A stretch of 64,000 nt of DNA, from contig CAWDKY010000025.1 of NCBI GenBank assembly GCA_963802945.1, forward strand, positions 1 through 64,000. The letters are read 5' to 3'. This document shows positions 30,294-40,320 of the stretch, piece by piece. Below the pieces are notes generated by a model. The model was not told where the DNA came from. It did not search any database and saw nothing but the letters and a program-made list of their open reading frames with translations. This DNA is from an uncultured delta proteobacterium. GTDB lineage: Bacteria; Desulfobacterota; RBG-13-43-22. Each line of letters opens with the position of its first letter. Position 1 is the first letter of the stretch. The position numbers were made by a program, and so were the translations under genes.

Positions 30294-31235
30294 CTAAACC
30301 CCCGAGCCAGGCAGGCCTGCCGCTACCCACAGATGATAGATCATCAGCATGATGACCCCCATCCAGGTGAGCAGGATACAGTCCTTGGAAGAGATACCTC
30401 GCTTCAGACCCCTTTTATAGACAAAAAACTGAACGAGGGGAGCAGCGGCCATGATTACGATGCGCCAGGGCACTTCCCTCAAGAGGTAGCCCGCCATAAG
30501 GACCGCCAGAGAGGAAAAAATCAGGCTGTCCACAATATAGACGGCAATTCGCTCTCCGTGTGCGACAGGGTAAGTATGAATGCCTGCCAAGGTATCTCCC
30601 CTTATATCTCTCAGGTCATAAATGATCTCATAGCTTTGAATGAAGAGGAAAAAAAAGATAGCCGAAAAAATCACCGTCCCCCAGGTGATACCTGGGGGGA
30701 AGCCATAGGGGATCTCGCCCCAATGCTGGGTGGCCAGGGGATAGCCGAAAACGGTAATCATAAACCCCGCTCCTGAGGCCGCATTCTTGAAAAAATAGAG
30801 CTCTTTCAAACGACGCCTTCCTGGAAGCAGGGGCCAGTTATAGAAGATGCCCAGAAGATGGCCGGCTATCCGCAGGTTTGTAACCGCAGGATTCACGAAA
30901 TGGTAGGCGATGAGCGAGGTGATCAGGAGAAAAATTCCCAACCCAACCGCCGTTAGTTTGTATCGTTCAATCAGCTTTGTCCCTCTGATATCACTGGCCA
31001 CGTCCTCCTTGATATCCGTCGCCCGATTGATCAGGTTGACGATGAACCAATCCAGGGCACATATCCCCGTCAGAAGCCACAGGTATCGACCGGTAAAAAG
31101 CCAACCAAAAGTAAACATACCGAGGGCGGCGATCACGACAATATGAAAACGACCGACATTGAAAATCTCAGGCAACTTTTCTTGACTTACAGACCCCATT
31201 GGCCTCTTTATGGGCACCCCTGAAAGCTCAATCAT
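30294..31235 (-). CDS. UbiA-family prenyltransferase
   Basis: NRATDIKED and YDLRDIRGD Asp-rich motifs, RLKELYFFKN, multi-TM. Confidence 0.85.
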   Translation of the reverse strand: MIELSGVPIKRPMGSVSQEKLPEIFNVGRFHIVVIAALGMFTFGWLFTGRYLWLLTGICALDWFIVNLINRATDIKEDVASDIRGTKLIERYKLTAVGLGIFLLITSLIAYHFVNPAVTNLRIAGHLLGIFYNWPLLPGRRRLKELYFFKNAASGAGFMITVFGYPLATQHWGEIPYGFPPGITWGTVIFSAIFFFLFIQSYEIIYDLRDIRGDTLAGIHTYPVAHGERIAVYIVDSLIFSSLAVLMAGYLLREVPWRIVIMAAAPLVQFFVYKRGLKRGISSKDCILLTWMGVIMLMIYHLWVAAGLPGSGV

Positions 31236-31587
31236 CCTAATCCCTGTCCCTCCCTTCTCTGCCTACCCATCGGCTTCTATGGTAACGTCTCCCGTGGATT
31301 TCGTCAAACGGAAAGCTGATTCAGACCTATACTGATATTTTTCCTCATCAGCGGGTTGACATTTGATTCGATGAAGGTATATATTTTAGTACGAAAATAA
31401 AAATCATGAATCCAGAATCCAGGAGTCAGAATTCAGAAGAAAAACTCTTAATCGCTTGATTCTAAGGTTTCCTTTCAGGTTTCATAGTAATCTATAGGGG
31501 CATGAGGGGTCAGTAAGAAAATAGGATTCAAGGATTCAAAGTTTTCTAAAAACAATCAAACTCATACGAAATTATAGGAGGTGCAGT

Positions 31588-32865
31588 ATGGCGAAATTGA
31601 AGGTGTTTGAAAATAAACAGCCTATCCTCGGTATTAACGGGCTGGGAAGAATCGGAAAGCTGACCTTGTGGCATCACCTGGCGCGCAAATATTTCCAGGA
31701 GATCGTCGTCAATACAGGGCGGGAAGTGGGAACAGGTTTGGAGACCATTGCCCAGCGTATAGAAACCGATACCACCTACGGACTCATTCACCGTTTTCTT
31801 TATGGGATAAAGGCCAAACGATTTATCGAAATCGTTGATGAGAAGGCCGGGAAAATGAGGATTGACGGCATCCCCGTCACGGTCTTGAGAGAATCACGAA
31901 ATCCTGGGGAGATCAAATGGCGGGATTACGGAGTGGATATGGTCGTCGAGTGTACCAGTCAGTTCAGGGATCCCACCCTACCTCCCAATGACAAGAAGGG
32001 CTCCATCCGGGGACATTTGGCGGCTGGAGCAAAAGTTGTTATCAATTCCTCTCCATTCAAGATAAAGGATAAGGCCCTGTCTACACCGGAGGATGCGGTT
32101 ACGCTGATCTATGGCATCAATCATAACGCCTTCGACAAGAAAAAGCATCAAGTTCTGTCGGCCGCTTCCTGTACAACCACGGGGCTGGCCCATATGGTCA
32201 AGCCACTTCTGGAAAACGAGGCGACCAACAAGATACTCACGGCTTCTATGTCCACGGTCCATGCCGTAACCAATTCCCAGGCTGTTCTCGATTCCATGCC
32301 CAAGGCGGGTGAGAAGGATTTAAGAAAAAACAGGAGTATTTTGAATAATATCATTCTTACCTCCACCAATGCCGCTGTGGCCCTGGCGGAGGTCATCCCG
32401 GAGGTCCGGAATATCGGCTTCATGGCCGATTCCATACGGGTGCCAACCAACACGGAATCCTTGATTGTCCTAAATGTCACCTTTCAGAGTAAGAACAGCA
32501 AAAATGGGGCGGCCTCCGAACTGGACATAAATACCATCAACCGGATCTATCAGGAAGTCGGGGAGCGGGATCCGGAAAAACTGCTCGTTTTTTCTATGGA
32601 GCAGAATGTCTCCAGTGACCTCATCGGTTTGAATGCGGCCGTTGTGATCGAAGGTCAGTTCAATCACACTAGGACCTCTTTTATCGATATCGATTGCGGA
32701 TGTATCCCCGGTCTGCCTCCGGCAGTACTTCCTTCCCTCCCCTCGAATACGATCAGGGTGCCGGTGGTCCATGCCAAGATTTTCGGCTGGTATGATAACG
32801 AGTATGGGAGCTATACCAACCGATTGGGGGATTTAACGACCTTCGTGCATAAGCAGCTAGTGTAG
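31588..32865 (+). CDS. Glyceraldehyde-3-phosphate dehydrogenase-like protein (long divergent form)
   Basis: GINGLGRIG, VVECT, SAASCTTTGLA, STVHA, RVPT, GWYDNE; 425 aa. Confidence 0.85.
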   Translation: MAKLKVFENKQPILGINGLGRIGKLTLWHHLARKYFQEIVVNTGREVGTGLETIAQRIETDTTYGLIHRFLYGIKAKRFIEIVDEKAGKMRIDGIPVTVLRESRNPGEIKWRDYGVDMVVECTSQFRDPTLPPNDKKGSIRGHLAAGAKVVINSSPFKIKDKALSTPEDAVTLIYGINHNAFDKKKHQVLSAASCTTTGLAHMVKPLLENEATNKILTASMSTVHAVTNSQAVLDSMPKAGEKDLRKNRSILNNIILTSTNAAVALAEVIPEVRNIGFMADSIRVPTNTESLIVLNVTFQSKNSKNGAASELDINTINRIYQEVGERDPEKLLVFSMEQNVSSDLIGLNAAVVIEGQFNHTRTSFIDIDCGCIPGLPPAVLPSLPSNTIRVPVVHAKIFGWYDNEYGSYTNRLGDLTTFVHKQLV

Positions 32866-32875
32866 AAACGAAAAG

Positions 32876-33001
32876 AACGTTCGGTGTTCAGCGTTCGGCG
32901 TTCGGCGAAAACAACTGTAATAGGGATCAAAGATTCAATGAAGGTTTTTTATTATTCAATGCTTTTCACTTGAATCCTTGATCCCAGGAACCCTTGAATC
33001 C
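32876..33001. repeat. Heptamer (GTTCGGC-like) tandem repeat plus octamer inverted array
   Basis: gttcggt-gttcagc-gttcggc-gttcggc; gattcaa...cacttgaatccttgatcc..cccttgaatcc. Confidence 0.7.
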
Positions 33002-33006
33002 TGCTT

Positions 33007-36000
33007 TTACAGCGTCACCCGGTTGGATTCCTTCGCTTCTTCTTCGTGACGGCCCTGATAGACGGCCCCGCTCCAGCCGTCGATGGAGATGAAATCCCCG
33101 CCTCGTATAGTTCGGCCGTCCACTGTGCTGTAGCCTTTGGTTTCATAAACACTCAACTTGGTAAAACCCACCACACCGACCTTGTCGAGTTGGGGAATGG
33201 TTACCGCGGCATGAGAGGTGCTGCCCCCCTTGGCCGTCAATAGACCCTCAACCAGGAGGATTACCCCGACATCATCAGGAACCGAATCGGGCCGGATGAG
33301 AATCAGAGGAGTATCCGGTTCTTTTTCTCGGTAGTGCCGGATTTCCTCTTCGGTGTACACGGCCCTTCCTGATAAGGCCCCGCCGCTCACCCCGATACCG
33401 GTGCCCAGAAGATCCCTTTTCAGTTTCTTGGTTTCTTTGAACATCTTTAATTTTTGTGTCTCCCTTTGGATCATATCCCGGGTCTGAAGTATCTGGAGAC
33501 TCTCCCGAGTGGCATTCTCAAAGGTGAACTCGATCTCCTGGTGGTCGAATCTTTTGTTGTAGATCAGTTTTTCTGAAAGGTAGATGAGTTCTCCGTAGAT
33601 CTCGGGAAAATTGGCCTCCAAAGATATGTCGGTATCTTTTCTCTCCCTCAGCCGTTGTTTCTCCGAAATGGGATAAGTGGCGACAAGGCCGGAAACAATA
33701 TCGTCCCCTTGAACCCCAAAAATGAAATCACCATAGAGATTGATACCGGGAGAGGACTCTTTGGGATCTCGGGTAAGAATCACGCCCGACCCTGATTGGT
33801 CATTTAGATTTCCGAAGATCATCGGCTGCACGATCACAGCCGTCCCCCACTCATCCGAGAAGTGCATCTGACGACGAAAAATTCGGGCCTGATCTGAATT
33901 CCAGGAGGCAATGACCTGTAGAACGGCATCTTGGAGCTGCTCCGTAGGCTGGTAAGGTACCTTGATTTCCCTTTCCTCCAGAGCCTGTTGGTAGGCCAGG
34001 GCTACCTGCTTCATCTGATCCGGGGTAAATTGGATTTTTCGTTCGACCCTGTCTTTTTTCTTGAAGGTGTCGATAATAGAGTCAAAAAAATTCCGGTCCA
34101 GTCCCCGCAACATTCCATAACTTTGGAGAAACCTGCGGAAGGAATCCCAGGCAGCCCAGGCAAAGTCAGGTTTTTTGCTGAGTCCCTCGGCGATTTTTTC
34201 ATTGATGCCTACATTTAGAATTGATTGCATCATCCCCGGTAAGGAAAGCGTGGCTCCGCTGCGCACACTTAAAAGTAGAGGATTTCGCTGATCACCAAAT
34301 TTTCGACCCACCATCCTTTCCAGCCGCCGGATCTCTTTGCCGATCCTGTTATTCAGATCTTCCAGGATATATTGGTAGCCCAATAGGCCTTCAAACCTGC
34401 GGAAGACCTCCGTGGTCAGGATGAACCCCGGGGGTATCGGGAAGCCCATTAAGGCCAGTTCCTTTAGAAAATAGCCCTTATTTCCCAGGAGCAATTGATT
34501 GTCGAGCCTTTTGTTGCGCCTGTAGATGGGTGTGATCGTCATTTCCGGATCATAGGACATGACCAGGGTTAAAATTTGTTTGTTTTCTTTGAACTTTTCC
34601 AATTCAGCTTGTAGGGTGCGAAGGATGCTGTTAATGAAATTATCGAGCACCTGAAGGCCGAAGGCCGACGATATAGCAGCCCGGATAAAATTCTCAGATA
34701 GCTGATAGAATAACTCTTCTTCCCTGGCCGAAGAGGTTTTTACATTTGAGGTTATGTTATTTTTCTTGAGGATTTGACCTATAATGATGGAAAGATTGGG
34801 ACGGTGGGCATCGATATAATAGTCCCTGATAATGTCCTGAATACCTTTGGAGATGAATTGGAAAATATTGATGTACTGATCGATGGAGAACTGTTTGATC
34901 TCCAGGGCGTTGCTCACATATTTCATTTTGGCGGTCAACCCCTCAGTGGCAATCCCTTCAAGGTCGAGGGCTTTTACATAGAGCCAGAGATAGTGATGGA
35001 TTCTCATCAAGGTGCTTTTGGTGATGAACGTCAGGTTAAGTGATTGGATCAGTTCCTCGAAGAGGACTGTGGCCAGACTCTCGAGACGCAGGGAAAGCCC
35101 AAGGGCTTCAAATTTTTCTTCCCGGTAGGTGCCGTACATGGATGGGATATCGGCGGCAATATGCCGTTTATGGTAGATATTCTCAACGTACTCTGTTTTC
35201 TGTGGAGAGAGGATCTTCTCCTTAAGTTGGACCAGGAAGTCGAGGACGATGGCCAGACTTTTATCTTGTTTTTTTTCCTGAATATAACGTTTAAGAGTCT
35301 TTACTTTTGTCGGTTCGAAGAGGTAGGAGGCCTCCAGATTTTTAATGACCTCAACATGCTGGTGATTATATTTCTTGTAAAGAAGTTGATAAAAACGGAT
35401 GAGGAGCCTGGCCTGTTCTCGGTCTCTCTCGGGCAGGCCCGGGACGGCTTGAATCTCTTTGACTATCTTAGGGTCATCCCAATCCAGGAAACCCCTTGGA
35501 TCACCGTGGACCCGTTCAAACAGGTTTTGAAATATGGCCTGAAGACTATTGGTTTTCTGGTGGCCTTCAGGAATCTGCTCATACACCTCGATTGGCAGGT
35601 GGTCACGCAGAAGGTCCTTTTTTCCTGAAACCCAATAGTGGAAAGCATTTTCCAAAAAGGTGACCAGTAAGCTGTTACTCTCCACATGAGACTGTTTGCG
35701 CATGAAATGGATAACTAGGTTTTGTCGAAAGGAGATCTCATCCATCTCGGTCGATATTTCCCGGAGTTCACCTTCGGCACCGATTTCATTGAAGTAGATT
35801 GGGAACAACCTGAGGAGTTGCTTGACCAGATTGTAGGCCGGAGCAATGTCGGTATTCAGAAGGGCCGAGATGTTTTTCTGGAGAAGGTCTGTGTCCCGGA
35901 TGAAGACTCCGCCTAATTTCAAGTTGATAATAAGGGCCGAGAGCAGTCTTTGGGTCCAGCGCGGTTTCAGGGCGATGATTTCAAGCCAGGCGCGGATATT

Positions 36001-37216
36001 CTCGATATGAGCCGGATTTACCCGGATCTGCCATTCGGTTGTAGTTCCGGATAGCTGCGGATGCTGGAAGCCGAATGAAATCAGCTCTTCAATAAAGGTA
36101 TTAACCAGAGGGTGATGATTCAGTCTGAAGACCTCCCGGGCCACCGTGATAATGCAATTCAGGATCGTGCTGCGGTATTGGGAAAAGGTGGTGCAGTTTT
36201 TGAGGAGATCGAATATTTTTCGAACAAAATCGTTTAAGTTCTCCGGTTTTTCATCCCGGAATACCATAGCCAGGCAACGATTGATCTCGATCAAAGCCCG
36301 TCCATGGATATCGGAAAGGGCAGGGACATTGATGATATGAAAAAGGAAATCGAGTTTGACTAGATATTCATGGCCGGTGAAGGCCTTCGACCTCTCCAGT
36401 TCATCGGCTACGAGCAGATAGCCGTCAATGATCTGCACATAGTCCGGAAGGGTAAGATACGAGGCCGTCCAGTTGCCGTCGTTTTGAGAGCAGAGAGTCT
36501 AATTTATCAAGCAGATCGGTAATGGACTGGTGAGTCAGGGGATTGACGATCGAATCATAGTCGAAGATCTTCGCTGCTTCCTCATTCTCCCTGCTGAACC
36601 AGTCCCGAGGGTCCGGCTGATCAAGCCAGAAGAGATAGGTTGTCTTGAAGCCATTGTGAAGAAAATGCTTCCAATGGTCCGTATCCAGGGGGGCGGAATG
36701 CTCCAGGGCCGTCTGGAGGAGCTTTTTCCCATAGGTCGAAACCTTTCTGAAGAGCAAGGGATCTTTTGGGTAGCAATCAATTAGGGATTGAATGAGATCG
36801 GGAAAGAGGGCCAAATTCCGGGAGAGCAGTCCATTGCTCTTGGAAAGGATAAGGGTTAAAAAATCAAAGAGGTATCGGACAGAGGTTTCCCTGGTTTCTT
36901 CACCGGCTGGGGAGCGTATAGTCTCAACGTAGATACCGACCAGGGTTTCCAGAGCTTCAAAACCTTTTTCATGGCTGTTGAAATCATAGAAATCGCCCAT
37001 GGACAGGGTCCGCAACTGCTTCAGAACATGTTCCCAATTGACAAAGGGATGGTTCTTCTCTGTAAGAAGGTCCTGTGTCCTTTTGAACACACCATAGTGC
37101 TCACGGGCAATACTGAGCAGGACCTGGTACCTGGCCGGAATTTCCACCGTAGCCGCTGTTCGTTCCAGGTTTACCTGGAGGGCCGAGGATGTAAATTGAG
37201 TTTCTTTTTCTGCCAT
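33007..37216 (-). CDS. Large PPDK-like dikinase (N-terminal helical domain + ATP-grasp + His swivel); one +1 frameshift near 36460-36490
   Basis: LGNKG, PIPPGF, PLLLSVRSGA, MPGMM, GTAVIVQPMIFGN, QGDDIVSG, EIEFT, LQTR, GGSTSHAAV; ORFs 36425-37216 and 33007-36438 join. Confidence 0.82.
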
Positions 37217-37258
37217 GGATTTTTATTCAAACGAGATAATTTTTAAGAAGCTGTTTTT

Positions 37259-37352
37259 TAGTTCGGAGTAATTAGTTCGGAGCGAAGACAAACCATGAAG
37301 CCTCCAACTCCGAACTCTGAACTAATAACTCCAAACTACTGTCTCCGAACTT
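37259..37352. repeat. Heptamer (AGTTCGG/CCGAACT) inverted array
   Basis: agttcggagtaattagttcggag ... ctccaactccgaactctgaactaataactccaaact. Confidence 0.7.
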
Positions 37353-37400
37353 CGAATCGTCAGACTGAGTTAATAAATTTTAACCTTTGGCTTGGTTTCC

Positions 37401-38399
37401 TTATTTCATAACAAAAGACAAAAGTTCCAGCATTCGATTGGAGAAACCCCACTCGTTATCATACCAGGAGAGGATTTTGACTAACTTGCCCCCCATAACG
37501 TAGGTGTTGGGGAGATCGACAATCGAAGAATGGGGATTTCCATTGAAATCGTGTGATACCAATTCTTCGTCACTGCACAAAAGAATACCTTTAAGAGGAC
37601 CTGCGGCATATTCCTTAAGTTTGGCATTCACTTGCTCCTTGGTGACGGGCTTCGATAAAGTGGCCACGAAGTCCACCAGGGAAACGTTGGGAACAGGAAC
37701 TCTTATGGCCAGGCCATCCAGTCGGCCTTTCATTTCCGGTATGACTTCAGATATCGCCTTGGCCGCCCCGGTTGTTGTCGGGATCATGGAAAGAGCCGCC
37801 GCCCTGGCTCTTCGAAGATCTTTATGGGGCTCATCCGTAACGACCTGATCATTGGTATAGGCATGGATGGTGGTCATGAGACCATATTCGACACCGAACT
37901 CCTTCTGGAGTATCATAACGATCGGCGCCAGGCAGTTGGTGGTACAGGAGCCCATGGAGATGACGTTATGTTTCGTGGAATCGTATTCTTGCTCATTGAT
38001 TCCGAAAACCACAGTTACGTCCGGATTCTTGGCCGGTGCTGAAATGACGACCTTCCTGGCGCCGGCCATTAGGTGTTTTCTCGCTCCGGCCCGGTCGATA
38101 AATTTGCCGGTACTTTCCAGGACCACATCCACCCCAAGCTCCTTCCAGGGCAAGGCCTCCGGATCTTTTAAAGCAAAGGTCTTGATTTCTTTTCCGTTCA
38201 CCAAGAGAGAGCTGTCTTTGGTCTTGACCTCTGCATCCATGATTCCATGGACAGAATCATATTTTAAAAGGTGGGCCATGGTGTTGGTATTGGTGAGATC
38301 ATTGACAGCCACAAATTCGACCTCTTGGCTCCTGAATCCGGCCCGAAAAACCAACCGCCCAATTCGCCCAAAGCCATTGATGGCCACTTTGATCGACAT
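37401..38399 (-). CDS. gap: Type I glyceraldehyde-3-phosphate dehydrogenase
   Basis: AINGFGRIGR, ISMGSCTTNCLAP, TTIHAYT, PTTTGAAKA, WYDNEWG. Confidence 0.97.
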   Translation of the reverse strand: MSIKVAINGFGRIGRLVFRAGFRSQEVEFVAVNDLTNTNTMAHLLKYDSVHGIMDAEVKTKDSSLLVNGKEIKTFALKDPEALPWKELGVDVVLESTGKFIDRAGARKHLMAGARKVVISAPAKNPDVTVVFGINEQEYDSTKHNVISMGSCTTNCLAPIVMILQKEFGVEYGLMTTIHAYTNDQVVTDEPHKDLRRARAAALSMIPTTTGAAKAISEVIPEMKGRLDGLAIRVPVPNVSLVDFVATLSKPVTKEQVNAKLKEYAAGPLKGILLCSDEELVSHDFNGNPHSSIVDLPNTYVMGGKLVKILSWYDNEWGFSNRMLELLSFVMK

Positions 38400-38472
38400 T
38401 GTATCCTCCTATTTTTATTAAAAAGTTTCCCCAAAAGTGGTTGCTTGTCTCTTGGGTGAATTAGTCGATTAA

Positions 38473-38501
38473 ATAGTAACCCAAAGATAGGGCCTTGTCA
38501 A
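38473..38501 (-). promoter_or_regulatory. sigma70 promoter of gap
   Basis: TTGACA-17-TACTAT on minus strand. Confidence 0.6.
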
Positions 38502-38607
38502 CTTTTTGCAATGATGAAAACGATTGCAGATGGGGTATGTTTTAGGGTAATGTTTAGTTACTCTTTAGAAGATCACCATTATCATGAAAATGAAAGGGGA
38601 AGGCTGG

Positions 38608-39261
38608 ATGGATCTTCAATTTATTCAGGCCCGGGACTTACCCGATGCCTGGTTTCAATGTGTTTCTGCGATCCTGGACCATGGGCAGGAATATGTCATC
38701 GACCGGGGCAGTTTCACAGGCCAAAAACGACTGGAGTTTGATTATCTGACGATTCAGATCAAATATCCTGGGACCCGTCCGTTGATTCCGGATATTCCTC
38801 TTGCCCTCGGTATCCCCAATCCGGTGGCCGAAGGTTATGTCGAGCAATATCTCCCCTACCTGATGACCTCGGTAAAGCAGCCTAATGAGGATTATACCTA
38901 TGGGCAATATCTGGAACCTCAGATTCAAGAAGTCATCCGCATGTATAAGGAAGAGGGTTATGGGACCAACCAAGCCTATATGACCGTTGGGAACCCAGAG
39001 GCCATTTATTTGAATGACCCGCCTTGCCTGCGGGGGATAGACACACGGGTCCGGAACAAACAACTCCATTTTTTCATTTATTTCCGATCCTGGGATTTAT
39101 GGAACGGCTTCCCGGCCAATCTGGCGGCCATCCAGTATCTCAAGGAATACATGGCCCAAGAAATCGGGGTCGGGGACGGCGAGATTGTGGCTGCCAGCAA
39201 AGGACTCCATCTCTATGATTATGTCTGGGAATTAGCCAAGCTGAGGGCATTGAAGAAGTGA
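38608..39261 (+). CDS. thyA: Thymidylate synthase-like protein (short ThyA type)
   Basis: YTYG, DPPCL, FRSWD, PANL, GLHLY. Confidence 0.8.
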   Translation: MDLQFIQARDLPDAWFQCVSAILDHGQEYVIDRGSFTGQKRLEFDYLTIQIKYPGTRPLIPDIPLALGIPNPVAEGYVEQYLPYLMTSVKQPNEDYTYGQYLEPQIQEVIRMYKEEGYGTNQAYMTVGNPEAIYLNDPPCLRGIDTRVRNKQLHFFIYFRSWDLWNGFPANLAAIQYLKEYMAQEIGVGDGEIVAASKGLHLYDYVWELAKLRALKK

Positions 39262-39525
39262 GGGGTGACAAGAAGAACTTTCAAAATGCAAAATTCAAAG
39301 TGAAGAAGTTACCATACTCTGACTTGCCGCAACCCGCAATTCGTAATCCACAATCCGATTTTGATGTTATTGTCATCGGCGCCGGGGCCTCAGGGATGAT
39401 GGCTGCGGGCCGGGCTGCGGAAATGGGGGCCCGAGTCCTTTTGTTGGAAAAGATGCCCCGCGTTGGATTGAAGCTCGGTATAACTGGCAAAGGGCGTTGC
39501 AATTTGACTAACCAGGGCGACATCA
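39258..39525 (+). pseudogene. Truncated 5' copy of HI0933/YhiN-family flavoprotein gene
   Basis: GTG start coupled to thyA stop; VIVIGAGASG...TGKGRCNLTN then breaks off at 39525. Confidence 0.85.
39345..39525 (+). repeat. 181-bp perfect direct repeat, copy 1
   Basis: Identical to 41867-42047; extends 26 bp upstream (39319/41841) with 4 mismatches. Confidence 0.95.
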
Positions 39526-40002
39526 GAAACGATCGTGGTGTAGGGTCGCCGTGAACACTCTGTTACTAATCCACTCAACGCGTAATTCATCATCAACCAA
39601 AATCATTTTCAGAGTGGCATTATTCCTCAAATTTTTGAGTACGCAACGCCCTTCTTTATCAATGGTGGTCTGTTGCCTAATGTAGCCACCAACGAAATTC
39701 ATGGAGCTGCCCACTGAACTCACTACCGTAGCATTGATTGTACCATTACTGGGGTCGATTTCGATTCTCTCAAATACAACCTGTGCATTCGACATAATTT
39801 GTTCCCTAAGAGTCATGTATACTCCAGTCCACTTACCGGAAAGTTTGGCGATGCTCGGTGGAACTTCTGGCCCCGGCTCCACGATATTTAGGTCTTTTGG
39901 TAGCGGAGACCATTCCGCGATAGCTAAATTAACTATAGCTGGGTTAACTCCAAAAAAACAAACCATGGCCAATAAAACCATCAAAATAACACTTCTTCTC
40001 AT
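39523..40002 (-). CDS. Secreted hypothetical protein (cargo gene)
   Basis: GGGAGG RBS, N-terminal signal peptide, AT-rich upstream; stop codon is the last 3 nt of the repeat. Confidence 0.75.
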   Translation of the reverse strand: MRRSVILMVLLAMVCFFGVNPAIVNLAIAEWSPLPKDLNIVEPGPEVPPSIAKLSGKWTGVYMTLREQIMSNAQVVFERIEIDPSNGTINATVVSSVGSSMNFVGGYIRQQTTIDKEGRCVLKNLRNNATLKMILVDDELRVEWISNRVFTATLHHDRF

Positions 40003-40133
40003 TGTCTTTCCTCCCCATTATTAAGTTTTTTGTGTGCTTAAAACAATATACGCTATTTTGTATAGGCATATTATATATGGTTAGCTTAGCAAATTATAAA
40101 CACTTTTTGATAAGACTTTTCTTTTGATGGGAG

Positions 40134-40162
40134 ACTATAAAATAAGGGAAAGATAGAATCAA
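40134..40162 (-). promoter_or_regulatory. Outward-facing sigma70 promoter in element end
   Basis: TTGATT-17-TATAGT, conserved in position at 56091-56119. Confidence 0.7.
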
Positions 40163-40320
40163 GGAGAAAAATGAGGCCAAAGATAGGGTGACAAAGGGGG
40201 ACTTCAAAAAAAAAGGTATTTTACCGGTCGAAATATTAACAATAGAGGGAGATAAAGAGAAAAGAAGAGGCAAATTGCCAAGATTTGAACAAACTACTCC
40301 CTTTACATCCTGATTTTCCC

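Noticed and set aside
35771-35783. cttcggcacc match to the tRNA-Leu 3' end as a possible attR
   Set aside because: Only ~10 bp and inside an intact coding region; expected by chance.
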